This document shows positions 32,213 to 44,073 of a DNA stretch of 64,000 bases, one piece after another; the first letter of the stretch is position 1; each line of letters starts with the position of its first letter. The translations under genes and the position numbers were made by a program. Origin of the DNA: Naegleria gruberi. Taxonomy: Eukaryota. The stretch is taken from assembly GCA_000004985.1 (NCBI GenBank), contig GG738863.1; one strand, given 5' to 3'. The notes under the pieces were generated by a model, which was given only the letters and a program-made list of their open reading frames with translations, ran no database searches and had not been told where the DNA came from.

Positions 32213-35200
32213 ATGGATAGAGGAGGTTCATCATCCAGTCAAAATGATCTGATGAACTCTCCGAATAATACAAATCCAACAAATTTAGACTTGTTCAATA
32301 TTATTAAAGAGTTGGTAACAAAAGTAAAGTAAGTGCAAATTATTGTAAAGAATAGAGAGGATTTATTAATAATCGGAATAGTTCGTTGGAAAATCAAGTG
32401 ACTGATCTTAAAAACCAAATTTCAGCCTCTTCTTCTTCATCATCTAATAGTAATAATAATAGTAGCGAACCTAAGAAAAAGAAAAAAGAGGAAAAGAAAT
32501 CAAAGAAAGAGGATAAGAAGGATGTTAAAACCAAAGAAAATAAGAAAACAAAGAAGAATGAAAAAAAGAAAAAGTCACAACAATTATCTCCTTCTACACC
32601 GCCTCTACTTGAGCAACCTCTTCCTCCTCCTTCTGTAGAGATTCCGATTCCTAGTGCTGAAGTGTTGGATGATTTAACGCCTCCGATTATGGAAGAAACA
32701 TGTGAAGTTTCCTTGTTGGCACAACCAAATTTTGTTGAGCAAATGCTTCAAATGGATGAAATTGAGGAAGATAGAATGTATGAATCTCATTCACATTATG
32801 AACCTGGAGATGAGTATGAAAATGTAATGGATTTGGATGAAGCTGAATATTGTGATATAAGTGATGAAGATCCAGAAAGAATAGAACATGCAAGAGAGGA
32901 AGATCTCTTGAAAAGAAAAGAGGAAGAGGAATGCACAAATGAGGATTTACTTGGATTATCAAAGCAATTCCCTCAAATGATGTTGGATAAATTATACTCA
33001 CATCAAAAGAGAGGAGTAAAGTTTCTTTGGGAAAATCTTGCAAAGGGAAATGGCTGTATTCTTGCTGATTTTATGGGCATGGGAAAAACTTTACAAACAG
33101 CTTCGTATGTATCATGATCATTATGAAATAATTTATTAACATTGAAAGATTTTTACATATATTTTTCGCTGAGAAGCAAGCTAAAACTGCTCTTATTGTT
33201 TCACCAGCATCTGTAAATACTCATTGGGAAAGAGAATTTAAAACAATTGAAAAATGGGTTTCTGATCCTAATATTTCATGTATTAAACCTTTCCTACTCT
33301 CATCAAAGAACTCAATTCAGGATAGAAAAAAAACAACAGCAAATTGGCAACAAAATGGTGGTGTTATGATAACATCCTATGATATGTTTAGAACACTTTG
33401 TGTAGATGAAGATTTTAAGGAATATTTACTAAACCCAGGACCTGATGTCATAGTTTTGGATGAAGGGCACAAAATTCGTCATTTATCTTCAAAAATTACT
33501 CGTGCTTTAAACTCTGTAAATACACAAAAGAGGATAATTTTAACTGGATATCCATTTCAAAACAATTTATTGGAATATTGGACAATGATTAATTTTGTAT
33601 GTCCAATGTACTTGGGAGAAAAGAATGAATTCAAGAGGAAATATTCCAAGCCAATTCAAAAAGGACAACTCTCCAAAATACCCTATGAACGTAGAATAGC
33701 TAGAAGAAGATCATGGCTATTATATGAAAAAGTTAAATCCATCATTTTGAGAAGAGATGCATCCCTTTTGAAAAAGTTGTTGCCTCAAAAACAAGAAATT
33801 CTATTGACCTTGTCAAATAGTGAAATTCAAAGAAAAATGTACAAAATTCTGATTGATTCTCTCAAATTAATTGGAAAGCCGAGTATCTTCTGGACCTATG
33901 ATGTGGTTATCATGCTTTGTAATCATCCAGATGTTCTGTATAATTACTATAAGTGGAAAGAAAAACAAGCAGAAACCCAAAAAATTGAGAAGGAAGCCAA
34001 AGATTCTAAAAAGAAGGAAAAAGAATCGTATTCAGCTGAAGAAGAAACAAATAATGGTGAAGTGTTTGATCCCTCAATAGATGATGAGGAGATAGAATCA
34101 TACATAGATAAAGAGGTTGATACTGGGGAAGAAGGAAAAGAACCTCAAAAGAAGGATAGTACTGAAGCAATAGCAAAAACTATTTTATCAGAAATATTTA
34201 AATGTCCAGAAAATATGGGATACAAGAGAGGAGCACTAGATAATGGAGGTAAAATGATACTCTTATTCAGTGTTATGTTTCAATGTAAAAGCGTAGGAGA
34301 TCGTCTCATAGTATTCAGTAGAAGTATTAACACCTTGAATTTCATTGAAAACACTCTTAAACGATACAATAAGGATAAGGATGCAAAAGGTCAACTTAAT
34401 TTTATGCGATTTGATGGAAGTACTCCATTTGATCAAAGACAATCCTGTATCGATAAGATTAACGATAATACTAACAATATTACAGTTCTACTTATTTCAA
34501 CACTTGCCGGTTGTGAAGGTATTAATTTAATGGGAGCAAATAGAGTTGCACTCATTGATGTAAATTGGAACCCTTCTCATGATAGTNNNNNNNNNNNNNN
34601 NNNNNNNNNNNNNNNNNNNNNNNNNNNNNNNNNNNNNNNNNNNNNNNNNNNNNNNNNNNNNNNNNNNNNNNNNNNNNNNNNNNNNNNNNNNNNNNNNNNN
34701 NNNNNNNNNNNNNNNNNNNNNNNNNNNNNNNNNNNNNNNNNNNNNNNNNNNNNNNNNNNNNNNNNNNNNNNNNNNNNNNNNNNNNNNNNNNNNNNNNNNN
34801 NNNNNNNNNNNNNNNNNNNNNNNNNNNNNNNNNNTTAAAGAAAATACCAAGTGGATCAAACGAGCAGATTTTAGAGATCAATTATTACGAGATGATCCTC
34901 TCAATATTCTGACTGAGGAAGAAAAACAGTTGGCTCATAGCGAAAATGAATTTGAATCTGTTTATGGAGCTAAAAGAAATTATGATAGGAAAAAAGTAGA
35001 TTCAACTCAAGAACAGAAAGCCAAAGCAACTACTGTCCCAACGATACCTAAGAGGCCAGAAGAGCCAATTAATACCAATTATCTCAAAGATCAGGAATCG
35101 CTTTGGTTGAGAAGACAACAAATAATAGTGGAAAAGGAAACTGTAGAAGCCTCAAAGCTTTTACAAATTTTACAAACAAAAGATATTCCACTAACAGTTG

Positions 35201-35703
35201 TTCCTGAAAAACAAGTAGTTTCTACACCGCCTTCAACACCAGAATCAAAACTATCCCATTCTAAATTTGAAAAGGAAAAGAATAATATTATGAAACAATT
35301 GGTTTCCAAAAATAAGGTCAATCCTGTTCCAAAAAACCATCGTCCTTCTTCAAGCAATACCACTTCATTTGAAGATCCATATGAATTAGAGATGGAACGA
35401 TCAAGAACGCAATCTGAATTTCAAAAAAAGAGACCTTACAAAGATGTTAATGATAGCAAGGGTGGAGAATACAGAAATAACAGAAACCATCCACCATATG
35501 ATTCTCGAGATTACAATAGCAGAGACAGAAGAGATTATAGAGAAAACCATAAAGATAGAGACTATAGGGATAACAGAGATAACAAGGAACGCAATTCTTA
35601 TTACAGAGATAGTAGTAGAGACAATACAGACAAGGATAATCGTGACCAGAGAGACAAAAGGCCCAACAATTATGATACCAGCAAAAGATACAAGAAATAT
35701 TAA
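32213..35703 (+). CDS. SNF2-family ATPase/helicase (Rad54/ATRX/ARIP4-like) with an RD/RS-repeat C-terminal tail; 3 exons, interrupted by an assembly gap
   Basis: Exons are 32213..32328, 32382..33104 and 33149..35703; introns are 32329-32381 and 33105-33148. Motif I 'LADFMGMGKTLQTA|SFLHIFF' spans intron 2. Motif Ia is 'ALIVSPASVNTHWEREF'. The DEAH box is 'VIVLDEGHKIRH'. Also present are 'ILTGYPFQNNLLEYW' and the helicase-C start 'KMILLFSV...RLIVFSRSINTLNFIE...FMRFDGSTPFDQRQ'. The 248-N gap at 34587-34834 removes part of the helicase-C domain. The C-terminus reads 'RDYNSRDRRDYRENHKDRDYRDNRD'. Confidence 0.8.
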
Positions 35704-35716
35704 TTTTAATAATAAA

Positions 35717-37441
35717 TTAAAGTTGAGGAGCCATATTAACCCAATCAAAAGCAAATCTGACTGGTTGATCAGTGTGAATATTTGTCTTATCCCAGTTAGC
35801 AGTCCATTCGAAAACAGGTTGAGTGTCATGAGTTGGACCAGATTGAGCAACAGCTCTATTGAGTTTAGCCATGTGGACATCAGTAACCTTAGCGTCAATA
35901 GCACCGAAAGCTTGAGCTCTCATATTTGGTGGATTCAAATCACATCTAGCAGCAACAGCATGGCAAGCATCACCACCAGAGAATGGATCAGTTTGGTACT
36001 TGTTTTGTCTGATCAAAGATTTAACACCTTCAATATCAGTAACAGCTGGAAGATCACGTCTGAAAATGTTAGCTCTTGGACAATGTTCATAACTCCAGAA
36101 ATCACCATACTTTTGGAATTGAGCTGGATAACCAGAAATGTTGTAAATATAAGGGAAGTATGGAATATTGTAAGAAGCCCAATAAGAACTATCAAGAATA
36201 TGGCTGACACTAGCAATCTTACAATCACCTGGAATTTGTTCCAAAATGTAGAGAAGATCTGGGTGAGATGTTTTAGCATATGGAACAAACTTGTTAATAT
36301 CAAGAACGATCCATTGATTGTTGTAAGTACCACTGTTGTACTTGGCAAACAATTGAGTCCATTCCTTACCAGAAGTGGCCAATCTGTTAGCAACAATATT
36401 TCTGATCCAGTAGAACAAAGTTTCTGGAACAACCTTATTATAGAGAGTCAAGTTGAAAATATTGTTTGAAGTTTCAGTAATAACCAAACCAGCATCTGTA
36501 ATGTAGAAATCATCAACAGAAACCAACCAACCAGGAGAGGATGAGAAACTGACCAATTTAGCTGGAACATTCTTAAAGTTAATTCTGTAATGTTTGAAAA
36601 TTCTGAGCATGTTTTGGAAAGTATCCCAAGTAGCATGAGTCAAGAATACATTGCTTCTATCATGACTTAACTTAACAAAAGCACTACATTTAGTCTTGAA
36701 AATAGCAAATGATTCCAATTCAAATTGAGTCATTGTGTGGAAAGATGGAGGAGACCACTTGTTTGACAAATCCTCAATATCACCATCCAATTGGAATTTA
36801 AACATGTCAATCAATGAAAGTTGAGGCAAGGTATCTTTTTCAGCCATAGCCTTCAAATAACCTGCAAATAAACCTTCAACTTGTTCCAAAACCAAAGCAA
36901 CATGATGCCAGTAAAGCTTTTCACTTGTATCAGTTGAATTCTTTGATTCAGCAATCTTTCTCTTCATGAAACGGAAGTTACCATCCAAGAATGCATTCAA
37001 TTGCTTGTTTTGACTATCATCAAAAGTATATTGTTTATATCCAGTCCAATATTCTTGCATTAATTCTCCAGTAGTAAATCCTTCAATAAAACCAGCAGCG
37101 AAGGCTTGTTCTTCATCACTGTGATCTGGATTAGTACTCAAGCTCAAAGTAGCCCAACCAGTCTTATTAACAGTTTGTTCATAGTGTACTTGAGCAATTG
37201 GTTCTCCGACCATCATTTTCATCTTGTTATTGTTTTGGTCAACAATTCTATAAGATTCAATGTTCTTATAGGCAAGAGGACTCTTATCCTTTGGTTCATA
37301 GTAGAGGTTGAGTTTTTGGGAGGCTTCAACATGTTGAACAGATAATGCCAACATGGCAATAAGTGCCAACACTGTTGCGATAAAACAACCAAACCGCACG
37401 GAAGAATGTTGTTGCATTTTTTTCTTGTAATTCTTCCACAA
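35717..37441 (-). CDS. Phospholipase B-like protein (LAMA/PLBD family, as in Dictyostelium plb genes), secreted
   Basis: 574-aa single ORF with an N-terminal signal peptide 'FGCFIATVLALIAMLALSV'. Family-typical segments include 'ANRLATSGKEWT', 'NNQWIVLD' and 'CDLNPPN'. The length and layout match PLB-like proteins. Confidence 0.8.
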   Translation of the reverse strand: MWKNYKKKMQQHSSVRFGCFIATVLALIAMLALSVQHVEASQKLNLYYEPKDKSPLAYKNIESYRIVDQNNNKMKMMVGEPIAQVHYEQTVNKTGWATLSLSTNPDHSDEEQAFAAGFIEGFTTGELMQEYWTGYKQYTFDDSQNKQLNAFLDGNFRFMKRKIAESKNSTDTSEKLYWHHVALVLEQVEGLFAGYLKAMAEKDTLPQLSLIDMFKFQLDGDIEDLSNKWSPPSFHTMTQFELESFAIFKTKCSAFVKLSHDRSNVFLTHATWDTFQNMLRIFKHYRINFKNVPAKLVSFSSSPGWLVSVDDFYITDAGLVITETSNNIFNLTLYNKVVPETLFYWIRNIVANRLATSGKEWTQLFAKYNSGTYNNQWIVLDINKFVPYAKTSHPDLLYILEQIPGDCKIASVSHILDSSYWASYNIPYFPYIYNISGYPAQFQKYGDFWSYEHCPRANIFRRDLPAVTDIEGVKSLIRQNKYQTDPFSGGDACHAVAARCDLNPPNMRAQAFGAIDAKVTDVHMAKLNRAVAQSGPTHDTQPVFEWTANWDKTNIHTDQPVRFAFDWVNMAPQL

Positions 37442-37788
37442 GGTGGGAGATGAGGAGTTTCACTTTCCGGGGTGCTACTTGACAATTTGTGAATAGATCA
37501 CAGGTATTACGTTATTCATTGTGTAAATAATTTGTAATGAAATCAAAAGTGATGGAAATTGATGAATATTATTAGCTCTTAACTGTTTATTAATCATGGA
37601 AATAAATCGCCTCTTCCTTAATTTACTAATTATTGCAACACTGTTTCCTTCATCAGGACTATTCAATTTTGAATGATAATAAGATCATTGACCAATGTTT
37701 CTTTTATGTTTCTTTTCTAATTTCTCTTACTAAAAAGAACTCTTTTTGTATTTTATTTAATAATTATTATTAATTACAATAATAAAAA

Positions 37789-39305
37789 ATGGCTCCATCA
37801 CTCGAAGAACTTTCAAATGCTCAACCGATCACTCAAAAGATGGTTGATTTTATCAATGAATCCAAATCACCTTATCATGCCGTCGGATCAATTAAAAAAA
37901 GATTGTTAGATAGTGGATATGAACAACTCTTTGAAAGAGAAGCAAATTGGGAACAAAAAATTAAGCCTTGTGGAAAGTATTTCTTCACCAGAAATCACTC
38001 AACAATTGTTGCATTTGCTGTTGGTGGAAAATTTGCTGCTGGAACATCAGGATTGAAAATTATTGGAGCCCACACTGACAGTCCTCATCTTGTCATTAAA
38101 CCAATTTCATCACAAAAGAGTTCTGGTTATCTTCAAGTTGGTGTACAAACTGTAAGTGATGATTTTATATTTCGGAAATGGAAGAAATATTATTAAATAG
38201 TATGGTGGAGGTTTGTGGTATACTTGGTTCGATAGAGATTTGACAGTTGCTGGTAGAGTTATTCTTTCTGATGGACAAGGAAAATTCAAGCAACATCTTG
38301 TCGAAGTTAAGAGACCAATTCTTCGTATTCCTTCTTTAGCTATTCACTTACAAAGAGAAGTTTCAACTGATGGTTTCAAACCTAATACTGAACTCCATGT
38401 AAGTAGTTTGACATTTTGTAAACTAAATTCAATAGTTACTTCCAATTATTGGTACTGAATTGGGAGAATTGAGTGATGATCCAAATACTAAGGGATTTAT
38501 TGCTAACCATCACTCTGTTTTATTGAAAGCTATTGCTGAAGAATTGAAATGTAATGTTGCTGATATTCGTGATTTTGACATGTCAATTGCTGATGTTCAA
38601 CCTGGTGTTATTGGAGGTGTAAATAATGAATTTGTTTTTGCTCCAAGATTGGACAATTTGGCATCATGCTTTGTTTCTCTTGAAGCTCTCCTTAACAGCG
38701 AGAATACTTTGGCTACTGAAAAGGATATTAGAATGATTTGTTTATTTGATCATGAAGAAGTTGGTAGTACAAGTTCTTATGGTGCTGATTCTAGTCTTAT
38801 TAATGATACCATTAATAGAGTTATTCAATGTACACATGCCTCCTTTGATAAGAATGCTCCAGTTGACTCTTATGGAGCTTGTATTGCAAACTCATTCATT
38901 ATTTCATGTGATATGGCTCATGCTGTCCATCCAAATTATTCTGAAAAGCATCAAGCTAAACACAGACCACAAATCCATCAAGGTTTGGTTATCAAGACTA
39001 ATGCCAATCAAAGATATGCCACCAATGGACATACTTCATTCTTGTTTGGAGAATTGGCTAAACGTCACAATATTCCAATTCAACAATTTGTTGTAAGAAA
39101 TGATAGTGCTTGTGGATCCACAATTGGTCCAATTACATCTTCCAACACTTCAATTCGTACCATTGATGTTGGTATTCCTCAACTTTCAATGCACTCTATC
39201 AGAGAACAATGTGGTTGTGTTGATATCAAATCAACCATTGACCTTTTCACTGAATACTTTAATGAATTTAGTGAAATTGATTCCACATTGCACATTGATG
39301 AATAA
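37789..39305 (+). CDS. DNPEP: Aspartyl aminopeptidase (M18 family, DNPEP), 3 exons
   Basis: Exons are 37789..38151, 38201..38398 and 38436..39305; introns are 38152-38200 and 38399-38435 (37 nt). The joins '...VGVQT|[21 protein letters not shown]...TELH|[11 protein letters not shown]...' align with human '[27 protein letters not shown]...LVPILAT'. The downstream part '[14 protein letters not shown]' is conserved. Confidence 0.85.
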
Positions 39306-39358
39306 ATCATAATATTAGAAATACGTTCAACAATTTAATTTAAATATTTAATTAAAAA

Positions 39359-39550
39359 ATGGAAAATTACAACAAGGCATACAGAGGAGGTCGAGGAGGT
39401 CATAGAGGTGGTAGAGGTGGTAGAGGAGGATACAATAACAATGGAGGAGGACATCGTAACTATCATCACAACAAGCATCAAAAGAAAGAATTTGTTTTTG
39501 ATGTTGCCCAATATTATAAAGAATCATTTTGGACTGATCCTTGGAATTAA
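39359..39550 (+). CDS. Hypothetical small RGG-box protein (63 aa)
   Basis: 'MENYNKAYRGGRGGHRGGRGGRGGYNNNGGGHRNYHHNKHQKKEFVFDVAQYYKESFWTDPWN'. The N-terminal half is a glycine-arginine-rich RGG array. It has a clean ATG and sits in a 360-bp interval between two genes. Confidence 0.3.
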   Translation: MENYNKAYRGGRGGHRGGRGGRGGYNNNGGGHRNYHHNKHQKKEFVFDVAQYYKESFWTDPWN

Positions 39551-39671
39551 TTGTCAAGAAATAGTATCATCATCATCATGATGTTTAGATTATTTGATTA
39601 TTATTGCATTCATTTCATTGAATACAAAAGAATACAAATCATTAGATGATGAAATATCATAATACAAAAAA

Positions 39672-40339
39672 ATGGAACCTCTTCCTACATTCGAGGATTT
39701 CTTCAATAGTAAAGTATGTCTTGAAATAAAGAATCAACATGAAGAATTATTAAATAATAATATTTATAATTTTATAGGGAGGAAGTAAAGTCAATCATGA
39801 TGCAGGAATTTATGGAATGACAAATATTCATATGGTTGGAAAAAGTCTAATTAATAAAGGAGCAATATTGAGAGGAGATTTACAAACTATCAAGATTGGA
39901 AAATTAACAATAATTGGAGAAAATGCAATTATTAGACCACCAACTGCAAATTATGGAATGGAATTGATGCAAGATATAGGAGCTTATTTACAATTGTCAA
40001 TCGGAGATCATGTTTATATTGGAGATAATTCTGTTGTACAGGCAGCTGCTATTGGTTCATTTGTGTACATTGGCAAAAATTGTGTTATTGTAAGTTAATT
40101 AGCAGAGGATTATATAGAATTTAGAAATAATTATTTAGGGAGAAAGATGTATTCTAAGCGATTGTTGTAGAGTTGAGGATAATTCTGTTGTTGCTTCTGA
40201 TACTGTTATTCCTACCTTTACTTCATTTTCTGGAAATCCAGCCTTAATGACTGATTCTGATTTACCTGAATCAACAGAAATAACCATGAAAGAATTGACA
40301 ACCAAACTTTATATTCAATATTCTCCAAAAATTATTTGA
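39672..40339 (+). CDS. DCTN5: Dynactin subunit 5 (p25, left-handed beta-helix / hexapeptide repeat), 3 exons
   Basis: Exons are 39672..39713, 39778..40089 and 40139..40339; introns are 39714-39777 and 40090-40138, both phase 0. The product '...SKVNHDAGIYGMTNIHMVGKSLINKGAILRGDLQTIKIG...IIRPP...LSIGDHVYIGDNSVVQAAAIGSFVYIGKNCVI|GERCILSDCCRVEDNSVV...' aligns with human DCTN5 '[41 protein letters not shown]...IRPP...[49 protein letters not shown]'. Confidence 0.8.
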
Positions 40340-40465
40340 ATGTTTATTGTGTTAAACAGTCACCTAGCTGTCCAGCATACCTCTCTGTGAGTCTATTCTT
40401 TAATGTGTCAGTTTGTTGTGTTAACATTGATGACAATGTCAATAGATCTCCTTCAGTAGAAATTT

Positions 40466-42850
40466 CTAAAATCGATTAGATATTAACGAGAGACAATACT
40501 TACGCTGATTAAAAAGTTTAGATTGTGAAGTTTCCAATCCGTCTGTCTCTACAAGTGTTAAAAGATTGTTCACATCCTTAATAGTTGACGACATATTTCT
40601 TCTAATAAAGTCTATTTGTTGGAATGCCTTCTCATTGTTCTTATATTTGAAATTTTCTGTTCTTAGAGAGTTTGATATTCTTCTTTCCTCCTCAATTAAT
40701 CTCAATAACTCTTGCTTCTTTGTTTCGTTATCATCCATAACACCAACAAGTTTCTTTTTGTATTTCTCAACTAGATTTTCCAAAAAGTGGATTCTTTCCT
40801 CTTTTGTCTGCCCTTCTTTGATTTGAACACTTATTTCTTCTTTCACTTGTTCAGTAAAGTCTCTTCTTTCTTCGAGAAGGTGTTGTGTTTGTTTTTTGAA
40901 TCTATCAATTTCTTGCAAATTATTTTCACTGAACAGTTTGAGAGTTCTTATTTCTTGATCCTTTCTCTCTATTAATGCATTGAGTTCCAAAATTTGCTTG
41001 TCTTTTTCTCCATTCTTTCTAATCTCATCCTCTTTGCAAGCAATTAATTCCAGTAACCTTGCTTTCTTTTCCTCGTAGTGAAGCCTTTCTCTTTCAATGT
41101 CAGATCTTAATTCTCTGATTGTCCTGTTATGCTCTTCGATTATTGGCCTCAAATGTTGTCTGTCTTGATCTCTTACTTGAACTTCTTTTTCTCTTAGGTT
41201 TTGGTTGAGCGATTCAATTGTCTTTTTTAAACCCTCAATCACATTTGTATGAGTCTGGGAATCAGAATCCAATTTAACTTGAAGCTCATCTATTCTCTTA
41301 TTTAACTCTGACACAGCTGTATCCTTGCTGCTAGAAATAAATTGAAGGGCTTCAAGCGAGTCTTCCAGAGATTTGTTTTGAGATTCTAAATTGGTATTCA
41401 TTGAGTGCAATTTGATGATCTTATTTCTGAGGTCAATAATTTCCCTGTTCTTCTTTTGAATCTCGTCTATCAATGTTGTTTTAGAAAATTCTTTTTGTTT
41501 AAATAAATTCACATCTATTAAACCTTGTTTATCCTCCCCAAAAGAAATATTCTGTTTCATTGGAGATTCTTTTTTTGGTGTTATTTGAGGCTTAACATTA
41601 GTATTTTCATTAATTGCTGTTCTCGATTTTTTGATTTGTGAAAGAATATTTACAATTTCTCTATCTTCGTTATCTGTGGTATTACCCTCATCATGATTAT
41701 TGAATATTATTGAGGTCTTTTTAGGTCTTGAAGTAGAAATTTTGATTGGTTCAATGTCAGATGTTGCAAACTCCTCAGTAAAGTAGCTGTTTTGCACATT
41801 CTTAATTTTCTCTTGTTGTACCTCTGCCATTTTGAAGGCTTTATCTGTTTTTTCACTCAGTAAAAGTTGTTTGATGAGATCTTCCTTTTCTTTACGAGGT
41901 GAAATTTCAATTTCCTTCATACCAACAGAAATTCCACTTTGTCTTCCTGATTTTTGTTCCGATTCAAAATCATAAGGTTTAAACGAAGGAGGAGTAAAAT
42001 ATGCCGTACTTGGTGTTGTATTTGCTCTTGACATTGTAGATAAGAAAGGATGAGGGGATTTACTAATGTACATTTCCCGATCCCTTGGAGTTAATGTTGG
42101 TGATTCTCTTCTCATTCGTTGTTGTTGTGTTCCAATTTTTTCCTTATTAGCTAAATAATAATAATGATGATGTTCCTCAACAGCTGCTTTGTTATTATTT
42201 GATGATGTATTAAATACAGTTGGAGAGGCTGCTCTTCTCCTAAAGATTGCTGGATCAAACGTTTGAGTTTCTGGCGCAAAATTTGTAGAAGGTGAGCGCG
42301 GTCTGTTTTTTTCTGGGTTTGTATGAGGAACATATTGTTCCGTATTATTGTTGCTTAATGTTGCAGTTGAGGGAGAATATTCATTTGTTGTTCTGTATTG
42401 AGTAGATGAGGCTCTTGGGGAAGAAGGTGAAAGAGAAGGAATTTGTCTTTGAAATTTGATAGCAGAGAAATGACCAGGTGTATGATTGATTGCAAGGGAT
42501 GATGTTGGACGTTCGGCGTCATTTAATAACGTTAGAGAGGGAGAAAGAGAAGGATTATTAGTTGCATAGGTAGTTGGTGTTGAGGTTTTTGAGGAAAACA
42601 CTGTTGGACGAGAATTTGTTGGTGAGGGAGCATATCTATTTGATGAAGATGACGAATGCTCTGCGTAGGGAGATGGTTTAGAAACAAACAATCTTGAAAA
42701 TCCATTTTTCGTTGATTCCAAGTGCATAATTGTTGGGTCATCTCCTGTATGATGATTTTTTAAGGCTGAATTTCTTGCAGGTGATGATGCTTGACTCCTC
42801 TCTCCATAACCCTCATAATTTGATGATGTAAGGAGTGGCATTTTTTTCAA
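40466..42850 (-). CDS. Long coiled-coil protein with a Ser/Thr/Asn/Pro-rich N-terminal region (794 aa)
   Basis: Single ORF. The C-terminal 450 aa are heptad-rich (IDELQVKLDSDSQTH..., ERLHYEEKKARLLELIACKEDEIRK...). The N-terminal 350 aa are low-complexity S/T/P/N. No enzymatic domain. Confidence 0.5.
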   Translation of the reverse strand: MKKMPLLTSSNYEGYGERSQASSPARNSALKNHHTGDDPTIMHLESTKNGFSRLFVSKPSPYAEHSSSSSNRYAPSPTNSRPTVFSSKTSTPTTYATNNPSLSPSLTLLNDAERPTSSLAINHTPGHFSAIKFQRQIPSLSPSSPRASSTQYRTTNEYSPSTATLSNNNTEQYVPHTNPEKNRPRSPSTNFAPETQTFDPAIFRRRAASPTVFNTSSNNNKAAVEEHHHYYYLANKEKIGTQQQRMRRESPTLTPRDREMYISKSPHPFLSTMSRANTTPSTAYFTPPSFKPYDFESEQKSGRQSGISVGMKEIEISPRKEKEDLIKQLLLSEKTDKAFKMAEVQQEKIKNVQNSYFTEEFATSDIEPIKISTSRPKKTSIIFNNHDEGNTTDNEDREIVNILSQIKKSRTAINENTNVKPQITPKKESPMKQNISFGEDKQGLIDVNLFKQKEFSKTTLIDEIQKKNREIIDLRNKIIKLHSMNTNLESQNKSLEDSLEALQFISSSKDTAVSELNKRIDELQVKLDSDSQTHTNVIEGLKKTIESLNQNLREKEVQVRDQDRQHLRPIIEEHNRTIRELRSDIERERLHYEEKKARLLELIACKEDEIRKNGEKDKQILELNALIERKDQEIRTLKLFSENNLQEIDRFKKQTQHLLEERRDFTEQVKEEISVQIKEGQTKEERIHFLENLVEKYKKKLVGVMDDNETKKQELLRLIEEERRISNSLRTENFKYKNNEKAFQQIDFIRRNMSSTIKDVNNLLTLVETDGLETSQSKLFNQRKYCLSLISNRF

Positions 42851-42987
42851 AATGACTTGCTTGACGTTAAGAAAAATGGAGGGAAGATGTTACTAAACTC
42901 TCTCAATTAATATGAGAGGTTCTGTAAATGGTTGCAGTTCAGTTTTCAAAGAGGAAGAAATAATGGATTTGCCAAGAATATATTTAT

Positions 42988-44073
42988 TTACGATACTCTT
43001 TCAGAACTTTCTGTCATTTCAATATCTTGGACTCGTCTTTGTCTATTGACTTTTTCACTTGGAATGTCAGCAGAGAAGATGTTGCTACTTTCAAAATCAG
43101 AAAGCATAAAACTGTTGATATACTTTGGGACTGATTGAGAGAGAAAATTGTCCCTCATATCAACATCATTATCAGTGTCGTGTTTTGAGGAAAATTGACT
43201 ATTAGTTGAGGAAAATTGGTAGGAGCTTTTCTTACTTGTCTTGCCTGGTGAGGAGAGAGGTCTCTTGTTATTTCCAACTGCTTGTGTAGTAGTTGATGAT
43301 TGGAAAAAGGTAGAAGTGGAGGAAAGAAGTGGAGGAGGAGCTGTTGCACTGCTGTGGAATCTCTTTTGTCTATTAAGAATGGAAGTTGTCTTCTTTGGAC
43401 CTAGAGAATACTTTGGACTGCAACTGTTGGTGGTATTAGAAGTGGTTGGAGGTGAGCTGGTATGTTGTTTGGAAGGTGAAACAAGGAGTGAGGATAAGTT
43501 ATTTGAAGGGAAACACTCTGGAGAAAGTGAACGGGTAGTAGAAAGCAAGCTAGTTAGAGAAATGTCTGAGACTGTACTAGAAGTGGTGGAAGAGGTTGAG
43601 AGAGCATCATATGATCTGGCTCTTCTCTGTGAGAGGTACCTTTCTTTTCTTTCATTAAAAACTTCAGCCTTCAAACAGACACAAAACTTTGGAACGGAAA
43701 CAGTTTCACATTGTTTGTGAGTTATGGTATGGTCAATTGAATTAGTCTTTTTGTTTTCAATTTCAATTTGAACTAAATCTTCACATTCATCTTCATCAAA
43801 ATGGCCTAAACCAACAATTGTTCCGACCTTACCATGCAACATTGGATCAAGTGTTTGTAATATTTCAAACTCTTCTGGAACAATGATAAGAACTAAATCA
43901 TTTAAACGAAGTAAAAGTGAAGTGAGCTTGTGATGAACAAACTCAATTCTCTGTTTGTTATCTTTGTCATCAGTGGTGGATGATGAATCATCTTCAATAG
44001 TACTGCCGTGTCTTGAATTACTACTAGAAGGCTTGTAATTAATAAGTCCTTTGAACTGTTTTGTAGGCTTCAT
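42988..44073 (-). CDS. Hypothetical Ser/Thr-rich protein (361 aa)
   Basis: ORF with a structured N-terminal 150 aa ('LLLRLNDLVLIIVPEEFEILQTLDPMLHGKVGTIVGLGHFDEDECEDLVQIE') followed by S/T-rich low complexity. No family assigned. Confidence 0.4.
   Translation of the reverse strand: MKPTKQFKGLINYKPSSSNSRHGSTIEDDSSSTTDDKDNKQRIEFVHHKLTSLLLRLNDLVLIIVPEEFEILQTLDPMLHGKVGTIVGLGHFDEDECEDLVQIEIENKKTNSIDHTITHKQCETVSVPKFCVCLKAEVFNERKERYLSQRRARSYDALSTSSTTSSTVSDISLTSLLSTTRSLSPECFPSNNLSSLLVSPSKQHTSSPPTTSNTTNSCSPKYSLGPKKTTSILNRQKRFHSSATAPPPLLSSTSTFFQSSTTTQAVGNNKRPLSSPGKTSKKSSYQFSSTNSQFSSKHDTDNDVDMRDNFLSQSVPKYINSFMLSDFESSNIFSADIPSEKVNRQRRVQDIEMTESSERVS

Noticed and set aside
39900-39990. Possible extra intron inside dynactin p25 exon 2, because 'PPTANYGMELMQDIGAYLQ' diverges from the human sequence
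   Set aside because: No GT..AG pair in that stretch preserves the frame. The hexapeptide-repeat periodicity continues through it, so it is more likely lineage-specific divergence.
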